From Bdellovibrionales bacterium (lineage in GTDB: Bacteria > Bdellovibrionota > Bdellovibrionia > Bdellovibrionales > JAGQZY01), in contig CAXREJ010000051.1 in assembly GCA_964229765.1 (NCBI GenBank), positions 52,662 through 116,661 of the forward strand: a stretch of DNA of 64,000 nucleotides. The letters run 5' to 3'. Both the position numbers and the translations under genes were made by a program. Shown here piece after piece: positions 18,845 to 29,006 of this stretch (positions are counted from its first letter, which is position 1; each line of letters opens with the position of its first letter). Below the pieces are notes generated by a model. That model ran no database searches, was not told the origin of the DNA, and saw only the letters and a program-made list of their open reading frames with translations.

Positions 18845-19135
18845 TTACGCGGTCTGGGTTTTAGTCTTTAAGCCCATTTCTTTAGCCCAGATCTTTTTTC
18901 TATAATCGGTGAAAGTATCAAGAAGATCATAGCGAGGGACTTTATAAAGTTTAGACATTTTAGCTAAAACATTCATAGGGGGCCAACAAGTGCCACGTTC
19001 AATGTTAGAGATAAATTGGGCATTTGAGTGACCGCAGGCTTCAGCCACTGTCATTTGTGTTACTCCAGCGTCTTTTCTGAATTTTTTTAAACGTTCACCA
19101 AAAGCTGTACAAAGTTTTTTTTCATAAGTATTCAT
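18845..19135 (-). CDS. XRE-family helix-turn-helix transcriptional regulator
   Basis: 96 aa; the HTH is VTQMTVAEACGHSNAQFISNIERG. Confidence 0.8.
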   Translation of the reverse strand: MNTYEKKLCTAFGERLKKFRKDAGVTQMTVAEACGHSNAQFISNIERGTCWPPMNVLAKMSKLYKVPRYDLLDTFTDYRKKIWAKEMGLKTKTQTA

Positions 19136-19590
19136 GGCTGTCTCAAAGCTCCTTAAATATAAGATACTGTCAATTTCCTACAAATTAGACCAAAGGGCAA
19201 AGGAATTGTAAAAAATAGTACAAATGTAACATTACGTCACTCAACGTAATTTTTCTTTGTATTGTTTAAAAGTGCTGTGATCGAGTCAGTTGAAAAAATA
19301 AAAAATATTACTTTACTTGACTGAAGCGACTTTGGGGGGGGGCGGTTAGGTAGTATAGGTGAAATATCTTGAAGCGACGCCATTCAGTAGATTAACTGAA
19401 TTTAATCCCATTTGATCACAAGGAGGAAGAACCTAAAGCTAAAATGATCTGTTGATATGGTTGACGTTACTAGTAAGACAAAGGTCTGGCGCTTAATTGT
19501 TCTCTGTTTTTCCTAAAAACTAAATTGTCTTTCATTTCAGTTAATTTGAAATTATGGTCTCCTTATTTATGAGTAAAACTTTGGAGAGAG

Positions 19591-20556
19591 TTGATGGATG
19601 AGTTTGCATTGATAAATAAGCTGGTTTCACCAATCCATAATAAGGAAGGGGTGATTTTGGGGAGAGGAGATGATTGTAGTATTGTTGATTTTTCCCAAAA
19701 TGAATATCTAGTTCAAACGACAGATTGTTTAGTTCAAGACATACACTTTCGTACACAAACAATGACGGCCTCGGAAATAGCAAAAAAAACTTTACTGGTT
19801 AATATGAGTGATATTTCTGCCATGGGGGCAAGGCCTCATTGGTGTCATTTGAGCTTGGCCGTTCCTAAAAATATTCAAGAAAGTTGGGTTGAAGATTTTT
19901 TTCAGGCTTTAAATGATTCTTTACAAGATAATAATATTCAACTTTTAGGAGGAGATTTATCACAAAGTCCTCGTGATATTTTTATAAATGTTCATCTCAG
20001 TGGTAAGGTGAAAAAAGATCATGTGAAAAAAAGGGAAGGATTAGGGAAACCTTCGGTTCTTTTAGTAACAGGTCCTTTAGGGGATTCTTCTGCAGGATTG
20101 TTTTGTTTAGAGAATCAAGTTGAGGGCTTTCCACTACTTGTTGGAGCCCATAAGTCGCCACCGAATGAGTCTCAAAAAGCCATTTGGTTATCAAAGCAAA
20201 GTGAAGTGTTAGGGCTTATGGACTTGTCAGATGGACTTTTAAGCGATTTGGAAAGAATTCCCACGGGATTTTTGAATGTTGATTTAAATAAAATCCCACA
20301 TTCAACCGACTTAGAAAAGTTTTGTAACTTGAAGAATTTTGATCCGATGAGGTTTTCGATTGCTGGTGGAGAAGATTATGTTCTCTTATTGTCTTGTAAA
20401 AAAGAGAAGGTGAGTCGTCTTTGTTCTCATTTTCAAAAAGAGTTCGGAGAGGAACTCTATGCTATCGGGGAAGTGCTCGAGGGAGATAAAAAAGTTTTGT
20501 TTTTTAAAGATGGTAAAGAGTGTGTTCCCACTTATAAAAAGTTTTCTCACTTTTGA
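19591..20556 (+). CDS. thiL: Thiamine-monophosphate kinase
   Basis: AIR-synthase-fold motifs: GDDCSIV, DIHF, LVNMSDISAMGA, GGDL and AGGEDYVLL. Confidence 0.85.
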   Translation: MMDEFALINKLVSPIHNKEGVILGRGDDCSIVDFSQNEYLVQTTDCLVQDIHFRTQTMTASEIAKKTLLVNMSDISAMGARPHWCHLSLAVPKNIQESWVEDFFQALNDSLQDNNIQLLGGDLSQSPRDIFINVHLSGKVKKDHVKKREGLGKPSVLLVTGPLGDSSAGLFCLENQVEGFPLLVGAHKSPPNESQKAIWLSKQSEVLGLMDLSDGLLSDLERIPTGFLNVDLNKIPHSTDLEKFCNLKNFDPMRFSIAGGEDYVLLLSCKKEKVSRLCSHFQKEFGEELYAIGEVLEGDKKVLFFKDGKECVPTYKKFSHF

Positions 20557-20675
20557 AGACTGGCTTATGAAAGTGAGTTTTGACTTTTATCTTTTATATT
20601 AAAAAATAATGAGTAAGCGATTATTGATCTTGCTGTGAGAACTTCTGTTTTTGTTCTCTTTATAAACCATTAGTC

Positions 20676-22127
20676 TCAGAAAGATCTTCTCCAACGATTG
20701 ATTCTTTCTCCCCAAGATAAGCTAAAGTCTGATGTCTGTTTTTTTCTCCACTGACCGGCCACTGATTTATTGATTTCCATTAATGTCGGATATGTATGAA
20801 TAGTGCTTAATATTTTATTCAAGCCTATATTGTGTTTCATGGCTAAAACATATTCAGTAATAAGCTCTCCTGCGCGCGGTCCCACAATAGTAACACCGAG
20901 AACCTTATCTTTGCCTGGGGGGGTCAGAACTTTGATGAAGCCTTTAGCTTCTTCATCGGTGATGGCTCGATCAGAGTCTTTAATAGAATAACTAGTGACT
21001 TGATAGGGAATATTTTGTTGATGGGCCTCTTTCTCATTGAGGCCCACTCGTGCCACTTCTGGATCAATGTAAGTCGCACGTGGAATAATATGATAGTTAA
21101 CTTTAAAGCCCCAGAAGGGTTGGATCATAGAGTTCACGGCGCAATACCAAGCTTGGTGTGAGGCTGTGTGCGTGAATTGATAGGGACCAGCTACATCACC
21201 GCAAGCATAGATATTTTTATAGTTAATTGTGCGAAGATACTTATCCACTTGAATAGTGCCATTGGGATTGAGTGGAACATCAAGGTGGTTTAGGCCAAAC
21301 CCTTCAGTATTAGGTTTGCGTCCAAGGGCTAATAAAATGCAGTCACTTTCAATCTCTTGGTTTTGACCATTTTGTTTATAGGTAATGTATTGCTTACCCT
21401 TGTAGATCCTAAAGCCTGTTACGGAACAGTTGAGTTTCAAATTTATATTTTCGTCACGAAAAGATTGAGTAACAGAGTCAGAAACATCTGAGTCCTCGTT
21501 GCTTAAAAGTGAGCTCTGATTCTCTATAATAGTCACAGAAATTCCAAGGCGAGAAAAGGCCTGGCTCAGTTCACAGCCAATAGGTCCTCCTCCGATTATT
21601 GTCATTTTTTTTGGTTTTTCTCGAAGACTCCAAATAGTGTCAGAAGTGTAGAGTTTAACTTTTTCTTTTCCTGGCCAATCAGGCAGGAAGGGGTGGGCAC
21701 CAGTGGCTATGGTAATATTTTTGGTTGAAAGTATTTGATCATTAACTTGTATTTCGTGGGGAGATAAAATAGTGGCCTGGCCTTGATAGCAATCCACTCC
21801 TAGGCTTGTATAGCGTTCGACAGAATCATGTGGTTCGATGGATTTAATGATTCTTTGAATTCGGTTCATGATGTCTGAAAATTCAAACTCGACATGAGTT
21901 TTTTTGAAGCCAAGTTTTGATGACCTTTGAGTATCATAGAGAAATTTAGCCGAGCGGATGAGGGCTTTACTGGGAACACAGCCTGTATTTAAGCAGTCGC
22001 CTCCCATCTTGTTTTTTTCTATGAGAGCCACTTTTGCTTTAGTGGCAGCACATATGTAGGATGTGACTAATCCTGCGGAGCCGGCACCTATGGTAACCAT
22101 ATTATATTCATACTTTGACATTTTCAT
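20676..22127 (-). CDS. FAD-dependent pyridine nucleotide-disulfide oxidoreductase (dihydrolipoamide dehydrogenase / mercuric-reductase-like)
   Basis: Dinucleotide fold MVTIGAGSAGLV, redox-active GGDCLNTGCVPSK, second GxGxxG IIGGGPIGCE, and a C-terminal dimerisation HTYPTL. I use the internal Met (MKMSKYEY) as the start because the longer ORF start lies inside the upstream gene. Confidence 0.8.
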   Translation of the reverse strand: MKMSKYEYNMVTIGAGSAGLVTSYICAATKAKVALIEKNKMGGDCLNTGCVPSKALIRSAKFLYDTQRSSKLGFKKTHVEFEFSDIMNRIQRIIKSIEPHDSVERYTSLGVDCYQGQATILSPHEIQVNDQILSTKNITIATGAHPFLPDWPGKEKVKLYTSDTIWSLREKPKKMTIIGGGPIGCELSQAFSRLGISVTIIENQSSLLSNEDSDVSDSVTQSFRDENINLKLNCSVTGFRIYKGKQYITYKQNGQNQEIESDCILLALGRKPNTEGFGLNHLDVPLNPNGTIQVDKYLRTINYKNIYACGDVAGPYQFTHTASHQAWYCAVNSMIQPFWGFKVNYHIIPRATYIDPEVARVGLNEKEAHQQNIPYQVTSYSIKDSDRAITDEEAKGFIKVLTPPGKDKVLGVTIVGPRAGELITEYVLAMKHNIGLNKILSTIHTYPTLMEINKSVAGQWRKKQTSDFSLSWGERINRWRRSF

Positions 22128-22824
22128 GGCCTTTCTTTTTACGAACCTTACCCATAGTTTTTTTAATAAGAACTGGAACAAGTCCTAAAGCAATAAATGA
22201 AATGAGAACGGAGGGGGTTAGAATTCCTTGTAGAGAGTTAATTTGAGAGAGTTGGGTTCCAGCATTTACATAGATTAAAGTTCCAGGCAACATCCCTATT
22301 TGACTAACAATAAAAAAGGTGGAGGTTCTCATTGAAGTTAAACCCATGACGAGATTGATTATAAAAAAGGGAACAACAGGAATAAGTCTAAGACTAAAAA
22401 GATAAAAGGCTCCTTCGTCACGAACGCCTTTGTTAATCTTTTTTATGGAACGGCGAAACTGTTTTTCAACCCATTCGCGTAATAGATAGCGAGCCGATAA
22501 AAAGGCAAGAGTTGCCCCGATAGTGCTGGCAAAGGAAATAATAAGGGTGCCGAGAATTACTCCGAAAAGAGCTCCTCCAAGAAGAGTGAGGATAACAGCA
22601 CCTGGAATAGACAAAGCAATACTGAAAATGTAGATTATCATATAAACGGCAATAGTTTGAAGCGGGTGATTTTGATAGTAATCCATAAAGTCACCTTGTT
22701 TAGACTTTATGGATTCCAGGGTCATGTAGTGATGTAAATCGAAAATGTAGATCAGTGCGACAAGGCCGATGGCGCCTGCAAAAAGTAAATACCTACCTAT
22801 ATTATTCATAAAACATCCTTGCAT
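22108..22824 (-). CDS. TVP38/TMEM64 (DedA/SNARE-associated) family membrane protein
   Basis: 238 aa polytopic protein. LLGGALFG and F..SRLIPVVPF..INLVMG are DedA-type motifs. Its 3' end overlaps the oxidoreductase start. Confidence 0.75.
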   Translation of the reverse strand: MQGCFMNNIGRYLLFAGAIGLVALIYIFDLHHYMTLESIKSKQGDFMDYYQNHPLQTIAVYMIIYIFSIALSIPGAVILTLLGGALFGVILGTLIISFASTIGATLAFLSARYLLREWVEKQFRRSIKKINKGVRDEGAFYLFSLRLIPVVPFFIINLVMGLTSMRTSTFFIVSQIGMLPGTLIYVNAGTQLSQINSLQGILTPSVLISFIALGLVPVLIKKTMGKVRKKKGHENVKV

Positions 22825-22958
22825 ATAAACGGGCTGAATGTGAGTGGTGAAGTAAAAAGCTTTTAAAGGTTACTATCACGGGTCAATTTGTTATGTATTC
22901 GTTGAATATCTTATTTTGTGACTTTTTTTAGAGAAGTTTCCGTTTTAAAGAGGGTTAA

Positions 22959-23879
22959 TCAAAGCTTAAACATCACTTCTCGAAGTATGCGTAAAAGTTC
23001 AGGATCGTATCTGTCTTTAAGTTTTTTGGTCATAAACTCGATGGCATCTTTAGGAGTCATAGGCTGGTTGTAGGATCTTTGTGTGGTCATCGCATCGTAA
23101 GTATCGGTGATTGCGATGATACGAGCCATAGGATGGATATCACTCCCGGGAAGCTCTTGCGGGTAACCATTGCCAAGAAAACTTTCATGGTGTTCAAAGC
23201 AGCAGGCTTTAATGGCGTCACTTACGTCATACTCTGAAAGTATTTGCAAGCCAAACTCAGGGTGCTTTTTCATTTGAGCCCATTCTACATCATCGAGGGC
23301 TCCCTTTTTACAGATGATATCAACGTCGACCCACTTTTTTCCGATATCATGGAAAAGGGCTCCGCGGCCAAGTTCGGTGAGTTCTTCTTCTGTATATCCT
23401 GCTAATCTTCCGATTCCTAACGCGTAAACACCCACATCAAGAGAGTGATTATAGGTGTAAAAATCATGGGTGGACAAGCTGATGAGATGGTCCATCCCTT
23501 CAGGTTCTTGCTCCATAAACTTTACAAATTGGTGAATCAGTTTTTTTGAGTCTTCTAGGGCGGCTCCCACATCAGGGTTTTCGTAGATTTCCTCGACTAA
23601 AGACAGAGAACTTTCTCTTAATATTTCAGCTTTTTCTTTGGCAGCAATAGATTCATTTTCAAGCTGACCATGGATGAAGTCTTTAAAAGTTTGTCTTTGA
23701 GTGTTGGGAATATAAAAGCGGCCGGAATCTCCAATTTTGGCTAATTTTTCAGCTCTTAAAGAGTCTCCCACTCGAAGGTAATGAATATAACGGTCTCGAA
23801 TTTGAAGATAGATATCAAAGGGGAGGGCTAGTTCTGGTGTGAGGGAACCGACACGCACATTAAAATAATCAGTGTTCAT
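22959..23879 (-). CDS. HD-GYP domain phosphohydrolase (probable c-di-GMP phosphodiesterase)
   Basis: Motifs HSLDV, LFHDIGK and HHESFLGNGYPQ (GYP) are present. The N-terminal ~130 aa is not a REC domain. Confidence 0.8.
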   Translation of the reverse strand: MNTDYFNVRVGSLTPELALPFDIYLQIRDRYIHYLRVGDSLRAEKLAKIGDSGRFYIPNTQRQTFKDFIHGQLENESIAAKEKAEILRESSLSLVEEIYENPDVGAALEDSKKLIHQFVKFMEQEPEGMDHLISLSTHDFYTYNHSLDVGVYALGIGRLAGYTEEELTELGRGALFHDIGKKWVDVDIICKKGALDDVEWAQMKKHPEFGLQILSEYDVSDAIKACCFEHHESFLGNGYPQELPGSDIHPMARIIAITDTYDAMTTQRSYNQPMTPKDAIEFMTKKLKDRYDPELLRILREVMFKL

Positions 23880-24014
23880 TCTAAAATTTTGCCACGAATA
23901 GCCATAGATTCAAGTGAAGCTTTTTTACGGTGCAGGAAGTTGAAGGGATATATGGAGGGAAATTTTGACTTATTGACCTGACTTTTTTAGAATTCTTTTT
24001 CGTCAAGGGGAGCT

Positions 24015-26102
24015 ATGGGACTGTATTTCGATACCCCAATTCAATATCTCAAAGGAGTCGGACCTAAATTAGGAGGTCTGCTTAAAAAAAAAGGAATTCA
24101 TACCTTTGAAGATTTAATTCAGAATTATCCTCGTACTTATGAGGATCGGCGAGCCGCTCGCAATATCGCTTCTTTAAATGTGGGAGAGACAGTCAGTATT
24201 AAGGCTGAAGTGATTAACGTTAGTTCGTACAATTTAGGAAAGTCCAAGCGTAAAGCCTATGACGTTACCGTTAGAGATGGTTCAGGAGTTATTCACTGTA
24301 AATTCTTTCGAGTTCCTTATCGTGGTTATTTTGAGAGATTTCAACCCAAGCAACAAGTGCGTGTGATTGGAAAAGTCACTCATTACCGCGGGCGAGTGGA
24401 GTTTCATCATCCTGACATTCAAGATATCAAATTAGATGAAGCCTCGATAGAAGATGAGCTTGTTCCAATATACTCTGAAACAGAAGGGTTGACTTCGACC
24501 CGATGGCGAAAGATCGTTCAAGGGGCGACTGAGCTTTTACAAAACAACGAGGTTGAAGGCTATGAAGAAAAGCTTCCACTCTGGCTTATTGAAAAATACC
24601 AATTAGCGCCATTGAGAGAAACACTTATTTCTATACATTCGCCACCTAAAGGTGCGGGGCGAGATTTTTTGGATTACAAATCTCCTTATCATCAAAGAAT
24701 TATATTTGAAGAGTTTTTTTGGTTAGAACTTTTACTGGCCGCTAAAAAACAAGGAATAAAAAAAGAAAAATCTCCGGCGATGGTCAAAGAGTGCGGATTG
24801 TGTGAGAAGCTGAAAAACACATTGCCCTTTGAATTAACCCCGGCTCAATTAGAAGCTATTCGAGAAATTAGACAGGATTTGTCTCATCCTCATCCTATGC
24901 ATCGAATGGTGCAAGGAGATGTTGGAAGTGGGAAGACTCTTGTGGCATTGATGTCGGCTCTTGTTGCCATAGAAAATGGTTATCAAGTGGCGCTGATGGT
25001 GCCCACTGAAATATTGGCTCAACAGCATTTCAAAGGAGCTTTAAAGCTGCTGGAACCATTGGGTATAAAGATTGGTTTTCTCTCAGGGAGTATGAAGCCT
25101 AAAGAAAAAGCAGAAACATATGAAGCTATAGCGAGTGGACACTTTCAATTGGTTGTTGGCACACACGCCCTCATTCAAGAAGGGGTGGAATTTAAAAGTT
25201 TAGGACTTGTTATCGTTGATGAGCAACATCGCTTTGGTGTGGAACAAAGAAAAAAACTGAAACAGAAAGGGCAAAGTCCCCATTTTCTTTTAATGACAGC
25301 GACTCCCATCCCTCGAAGTTTGGCAATGACTGTTTATGGGGATCTTGATGTTTCCATAATTAATGAAATGCCTAAAGGGAGAATTCCTATTGTTACTCGA
25401 ATGACTTATCAGAGTAAGAGAGACAAGGTTCTTGGCTTCGTTCATGATCAGATTAAAAAAGGGCGACAAGCCTATATCGTTTATCCTTTAGTGGAAGAAA
25501 GTGAGAAAATGGATCTTTCTAATGCGACTGATGAATTTGAGCGTGTAAAGAAAGAACTTCCCGATTTGAGGGTGGGATTGATTCATGGAAAAATGAAAGG
25601 GGAAGAAAAAGATAAAGTAATGAGAGAATTCAAAGACCATCAATTTGATATTTTGGTTTCAACCACAGTTATTGAAGTGGGTGTTGATGTTCCCAACGCC
25701 AATATTATCTGGATTGATCATGCAGAGCGATTTGGACTCTCTCAATTGCATCAACTGCGTGGACGTGTGGGCAGAGGGCAGCATAAAAGTTATTGTGTTT
25801 TGTCTTTAGGGCATGCTGTTTCTGAGGAGTCACGTGAAAGAATAAAACTTATGGAGAACACCGCTGATGGTTTTAAAATTTCTGAAGCCGATTTAGAGAT
25901 TCGAGGCCCAGGGGAATTTCTCGGCGCTAGGCAGTCGGGTTTGCCAGGATTTCGTATGGCCAACCTTGTTCGTGACTTGCCGATATTAAAGCAGGCAAGG
26001 CAAGCCGCTTTTGAGGTATTGCAAAAAGATCCTCAGCTCAATCAAAAGCAACATCATTTTTTAAAAAAAGAGATTCTTGAAAACAAAGAAATGCTTGGTT
26101 AA
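24015..26102 (+). CDS. recG: ATP-dependent DNA helicase RecG
   Basis: 695 aa with a wedge/OB N-terminus, LTPAQ, GDVGSGKT, DEQHRFGV, TATPIPR, and QLHQLRGRVGRG followed by the TRG motif. Confidence 0.95.
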   Translation: MGLYFDTPIQYLKGVGPKLGGLLKKKGIHTFEDLIQNYPRTYEDRRAARNIASLNVGETVSIKAEVINVSSYNLGKSKRKAYDVTVRDGSGVIHCKFFRVPYRGYFERFQPKQQVRVIGKVTHYRGRVEFHHPDIQDIKLDEASIEDELVPIYSETEGLTSTRWRKIVQGATELLQNNEVEGYEEKLPLWLIEKYQLAPLRETLISIHSPPKGAGRDFLDYKSPYHQRIIFEEFFWLELLLAAKKQGIKKEKSPAMVKECGLCEKLKNTLPFELTPAQLEAIREIRQDLSHPHPMHRMVQGDVGSGKTLVALMSALVAIENGYQVALMVPTEILAQQHFKGALKLLEPLGIKIGFLSGSMKPKEKAETYEAIASGHFQLVVGTHALIQEGVEFKSLGLVIVDEQHRFGVEQRKKLKQKGQSPHFLLMTATPIPRSLAMTVYGDLDVSIINEMPKGRIPIVTRMTYQSKRDKVLGFVHDQIKKGRQAYIVYPLVEESEKMDLSNATDEFERVKKELPDLRVGLIHGKMKGEEKDKVMREFKDHQFDILVSTTVIEVGVDVPNANIIWIDHAERFGLSQLHQLRGRVGRGQHKSYCVLSLGHAVSEESRERIKLMENTADGFKISEADLEIRGPGEFLGARQSGLPGFRMANLVRDLPILKQARQAAFEVLQKDPQLNQKQHHFLKKEILENKEMLG

Positions 26103-26160
26103 GCCCATAACCTTCAGTTGGGTGATGAAATTCTTAGATGTGATGGGAGTGAATTTCCAG

Positions 26161-26285
26161 GGTTTTGTCACTCGCTGGCCATCCTCTCCGTTACTTAACT
26201 TCAGCCCTCATTCGAAGTATGTGGTATTCTCCTTATTTTAAATGAAGTTTGCGCTCCTTGAATTTAACTCTTTCGCGGCAGCCTC
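26161..26285 (+). repeat. MITE-like palindromic intergenic repeat, family A, divergent copy (A1)
   Basis: It aligns by eye to 39912-40032 (shared ...ccgttact.aacttcagc.ctcattc.a.gtatgtggtat...ccttgaat.taac...gcg.cagcc). It lies between recG and carD. Confidence 0.6.
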
Positions 26286-26541
26286 TTTAAGGAAGTTTGG
26301 TATTTATTACAAAGCTGTACAATGGTTAAACGGCTCATTGGGACTTATAAAATAAGCAAATGCCAGCAGGTTTTTGGTTCTTCTCAAATCTAATTGATTT
26401 AGAAGGAGAACTTTGATAAAAATCTGTACATTACTGAAATCTTTACAGATTTGCTAATTCAGTAAAAACAAAAAACGTCACTTTCTCTATTGCCCAAGCG
26501 TGTCATAAATGTTATAAAGTCCCTCGATAAACGGAGGATCA

Positions 26542-27069
26542 ATGGGCGAAGAAGTGAAGGATGATATTTTTAAAGTTGGGGACAACGCTGTATATCCTGG
26601 TCATGGTGTGGGAGAGGTTGTAGCTGTTGAGCAAAAAGAGATGATGGGTTGTAAACAGGTTTTTTACTCCATTAAAATCCTTGAAACCGGTATGAAAATA
26701 TTAGTTCCTAAAAACAATGCTAAGAACGTAGGACTTCGTCCGATTATTTCAAAAACAGAAGCTTCTAAAGTTCTTAATATTTTACAAGAAAAAGACGTTA
26801 AAATTGACAACCAAACTTGGAATCGTCGTTATCGTGAATACATGGAGAAGATTAAAACCGGATCTGTGTATGAGATCGCTGAAGTTCTAAGAGATTTATT
26901 CTTATTAAAAGTTGATAAAGAACTGAGTTTTGGAGAGCGTAAGATGCTGGACACAGCTCGTAATCTTTTGATTACAGAACTCTCTTTAGCAACGACTAAA
27001 AAAGAGCTTGAGCGCGATGAGGTAAAGGCTATCTTTGGTGTTGAGGACGCTGAAGAAAAGCAAGCCTAA
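26542..27069 (+). CDS. carD: CarD/CdnL-family RNA-polymerase-binding transcription factor
   Basis: 175 aa with the N-terminal Tudor-like motif FKVGDNAVYPGHGVGEV, then W.RRYREY.EKIKTGS. Confidence 0.9.
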   Translation: MGEEVKDDIFKVGDNAVYPGHGVGEVVAVEQKEMMGCKQVFYSIKILETGMKILVPKNNAKNVGLRPIISKTEASKVLNILQEKDVKIDNQTWNRRYREYMEKIKTGSVYEIAEVLRDLFLLKVDKELSFGERKMLDTARNLLITELSLATTKKELERDEVKAIFGVEDAEEKQA

Positions 27070-27097
27070 ATAAAGATTGGGTGTTATGGGAGTGTGA

Positions 27098-27128
27098 GCC
27101 AGAGGATTGGGACCTCTGGCTTTTTTTT
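27098..27128 (+). terminator. Rho-independent terminator of carD
   Basis: gccagagg-attggga-cctctggc followed by T8. Confidence 0.85.
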
Positions 27129-27133
27129 ACCTA

Positions 27134-27312
27134 GGGGCTGTTGTCAAATCATCCAGCGACTGCGGCTTCAATCTCTCGCCATTTTTGAGTTGTGCTCGCC
27201 TTCACCTTATTCGATGTGGCTCTGGCCACACCTCATAAAGTTCAGTCTGCGCTTAACTCAAAATGACTGAGGTATTGAATCCTCATTAGGCTGATGAATT
27301 GTCAACAGCCCC
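27134..27312. repeat. MITE-like palindromic repeat, family B, full-length copy (B1)
   Basis: Its termini are ggggctgttgtcaa ... ttgtcaacagcccc. The interior is self-complementary (ccatttttgagtt / aactcaaaatgac). A second copy is at 46833-46990. Confidence 0.75.
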
Positions 27313-27546
27313 AAACTTCAGAGTTCATTAAAGTTGATATTTAAAATTTTTAGAACATCCGACTCAGGCGGTTCAATGAGATCGTCAATGTTCTATTTAA
27401 AGCTCGTATAGTTCTTAGATTTTTCATTTAATTGCATTCCTAAGGCTGATGTAGTCACACTGCTTCTTCTAGTTATACAAGGGACAAAAAGCCCATTCTG
27501 GTGTTAAGGTAGTCTGTTATATTTTGGAAGTTTAAAAGGAGATTCT

Positions 27547-29004
27547 ATGTCAGATCCGGTCCGTGTTCGATTTGCCCCCAGTCCTACAGGTTATTTGCAT
27601 GTGGGAGGTGCGAGAACGGCATTGTATAATTATCTTTATGCAAAAAACCACGGTGGACAATTTATTCTCCGTATTGAAGACACCGATTTAGAACGCAGTA
27701 CAGATGAGTCCTTAAGGATGCAGATCAGTGACTTACAGTGGTTAGGACTTAACTGGGATGAAGGTGTTGACCCTGAAACTTTAGAATCAAAAGGGGGATA
27801 CGGCCCTTATCGTCAGAGTCAACGTCTTGAAATTTATCAGAAGTACTGTGTTGAATTACTGAAAAGTGGCAAAGCTTATTATGATTTTCGCAGCGATGAA
27901 GAGTTAGAAAAAATTAAGAACGAATCGGAAAAGTTCACCCGTATTCCAAGGCCTGACAATATTCTCGATTACGAAGAAGCCTTAAAAAAGGTCAATAGTG
28001 GAGTGCCTGCGGCCATTCGGTTCAAAGTGGAAGGTGGTGAAGATCATGTTATCGAAGATTTGGTGAGAGGTGAAGTTAGGCTGCCTGAGGATATGGTTGG
28101 TGACTTTATTATTATGCGCTCTAATGGAATGCCAGTTTATAACTTTTGCTGCGCTGTCGACGATGCCTTAATGAAAATCACCCACGTTTTTCGTGCGGAG
28201 GAACACCTGAGCAATACTCTGAGGCAAAAGATGATTTATGAGGCCCTGGGTTTTCAGTTGCCGCAGTTTGGACATTTATCTCTTATCTTAGGAGCTGATA
28301 AACAAAAGCTGAGTAAACGCCATGGTGCCACCAGTTGTAATCAGTATCGTGAAACCGGTTATTTACCAAAAGCTCTTTTAAATTTTATAGCTTTACTGGG
28401 CTGGTCTCCAGGACAAGACCAAGAAATCTTAAGTTTGACAGAATTAATAGAAAAGTTTGATGGTACCAGACTTCATACTGCTGGAGCGGTTTTTGATCAG
28501 GATAAGTTTAAATGGATGAACTCGGTTCATCTAAGAGCTTTGGATAACTCGGTCTTGTGGGATCTATTAAAACCTTTATTTGAGCGAGAAAATATTAGCC
28601 TTCCAGAGAGTGAAGACTTTATCCATAAGTCTCTTGATATTTTTAAACCAAAAATGGAAACACTTGTGGATGCTCCCGAGCTCTATCGTCCAATTGATGG
28701 TAAACTTTTTGAAGTGACTGAGGAAGGTCAAGAAGTTCTCAATTGGGAGGAAACTCAAAAAGTCTTAAATGCTTGGGAAGAGGAGTTGAAACTTAATCAT
28801 GCCCTCTATTTAACGGGTGAGGAATTTGATGAAATACAAAATCGAGTGAAAGAAAAGGCGGGAGTAAAAGGAAAGCATTTGTTTATGCCTATTCGTGTTG
28901 CGGTGATTGGTAAGCCCCATGGAGCTGATCTTAAATCGCTAGTACCTTTAATAGAGAGGCAGTCTTTACTCGCTCGAGTCAAAAAGTGCAGAGGTGAAGC
29001 ATAA
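27547..29004 (+). CDS. gltX: Glutamate--tRNA ligase
   Basis: [22 protein letters not shown] (HIGH-type) and KLSKRHG (KMSKS-type). Confidence 0.95.
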   Translation: MSDPVRVRFAPSPTGYLHVGGARTALYNYLYAKNHGGQFILRIEDTDLERSTDESLRMQISDLQWLGLNWDEGVDPETLESKGGYGPYRQSQRLEIYQKYCVELLKSGKAYYDFRSDEELEKIKNESEKFTRIPRPDNILDYEEALKKVNSGVPAAIRFKVEGGEDHVIEDLVRGEVRLPEDMVGDFIIMRSNGMPVYNFCCAVDDALMKITHVFRAEEHLSNTLRQKMIYEALGFQLPQFGHLSLILGADKQKLSKRHGATSCNQYRETGYLPKALLNFIALLGWSPGQDQEILSLTELIEKFDGTRLHTAGAVFDQDKFKWMNSVHLRALDNSVLWDLLKPLFERENISLPESEDFIHKSLDIFKPKMETLVDAPELYRPIDGKLFEVTEEGQEVLNWEETQKVLNAWEEELKLNHALYLTGEEFDEIQNRVKEKAGVKGKHLFMPIRVAVIGKPHGADLKSLVPLIERQSLLARVKKCRGEA

Positions 29005-29006
29005 GT

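Noticed and set aside
19334-19342. G9 homopolymer in the XRE/thiL intergenic region as a phase-variation switch
   Set aside because: I could not place it between convincing -35/-10 boxes or inside a reading frame. G7-G8 runs elsewhere (47114-47120, 47596-47603) appear to serve as Shine-Dalgarno-like sequences. The evidence is insufficient.
20676-22181. Long N-terminal extension of the oxidoreductase (MFQFLLKKLWVRFVKRKA...)
   Set aside because: It lies inside the 3' end of the DedA-family gene. The Rossmann GxGxxG begins right after the internal Met, so the shorter start was adopted.
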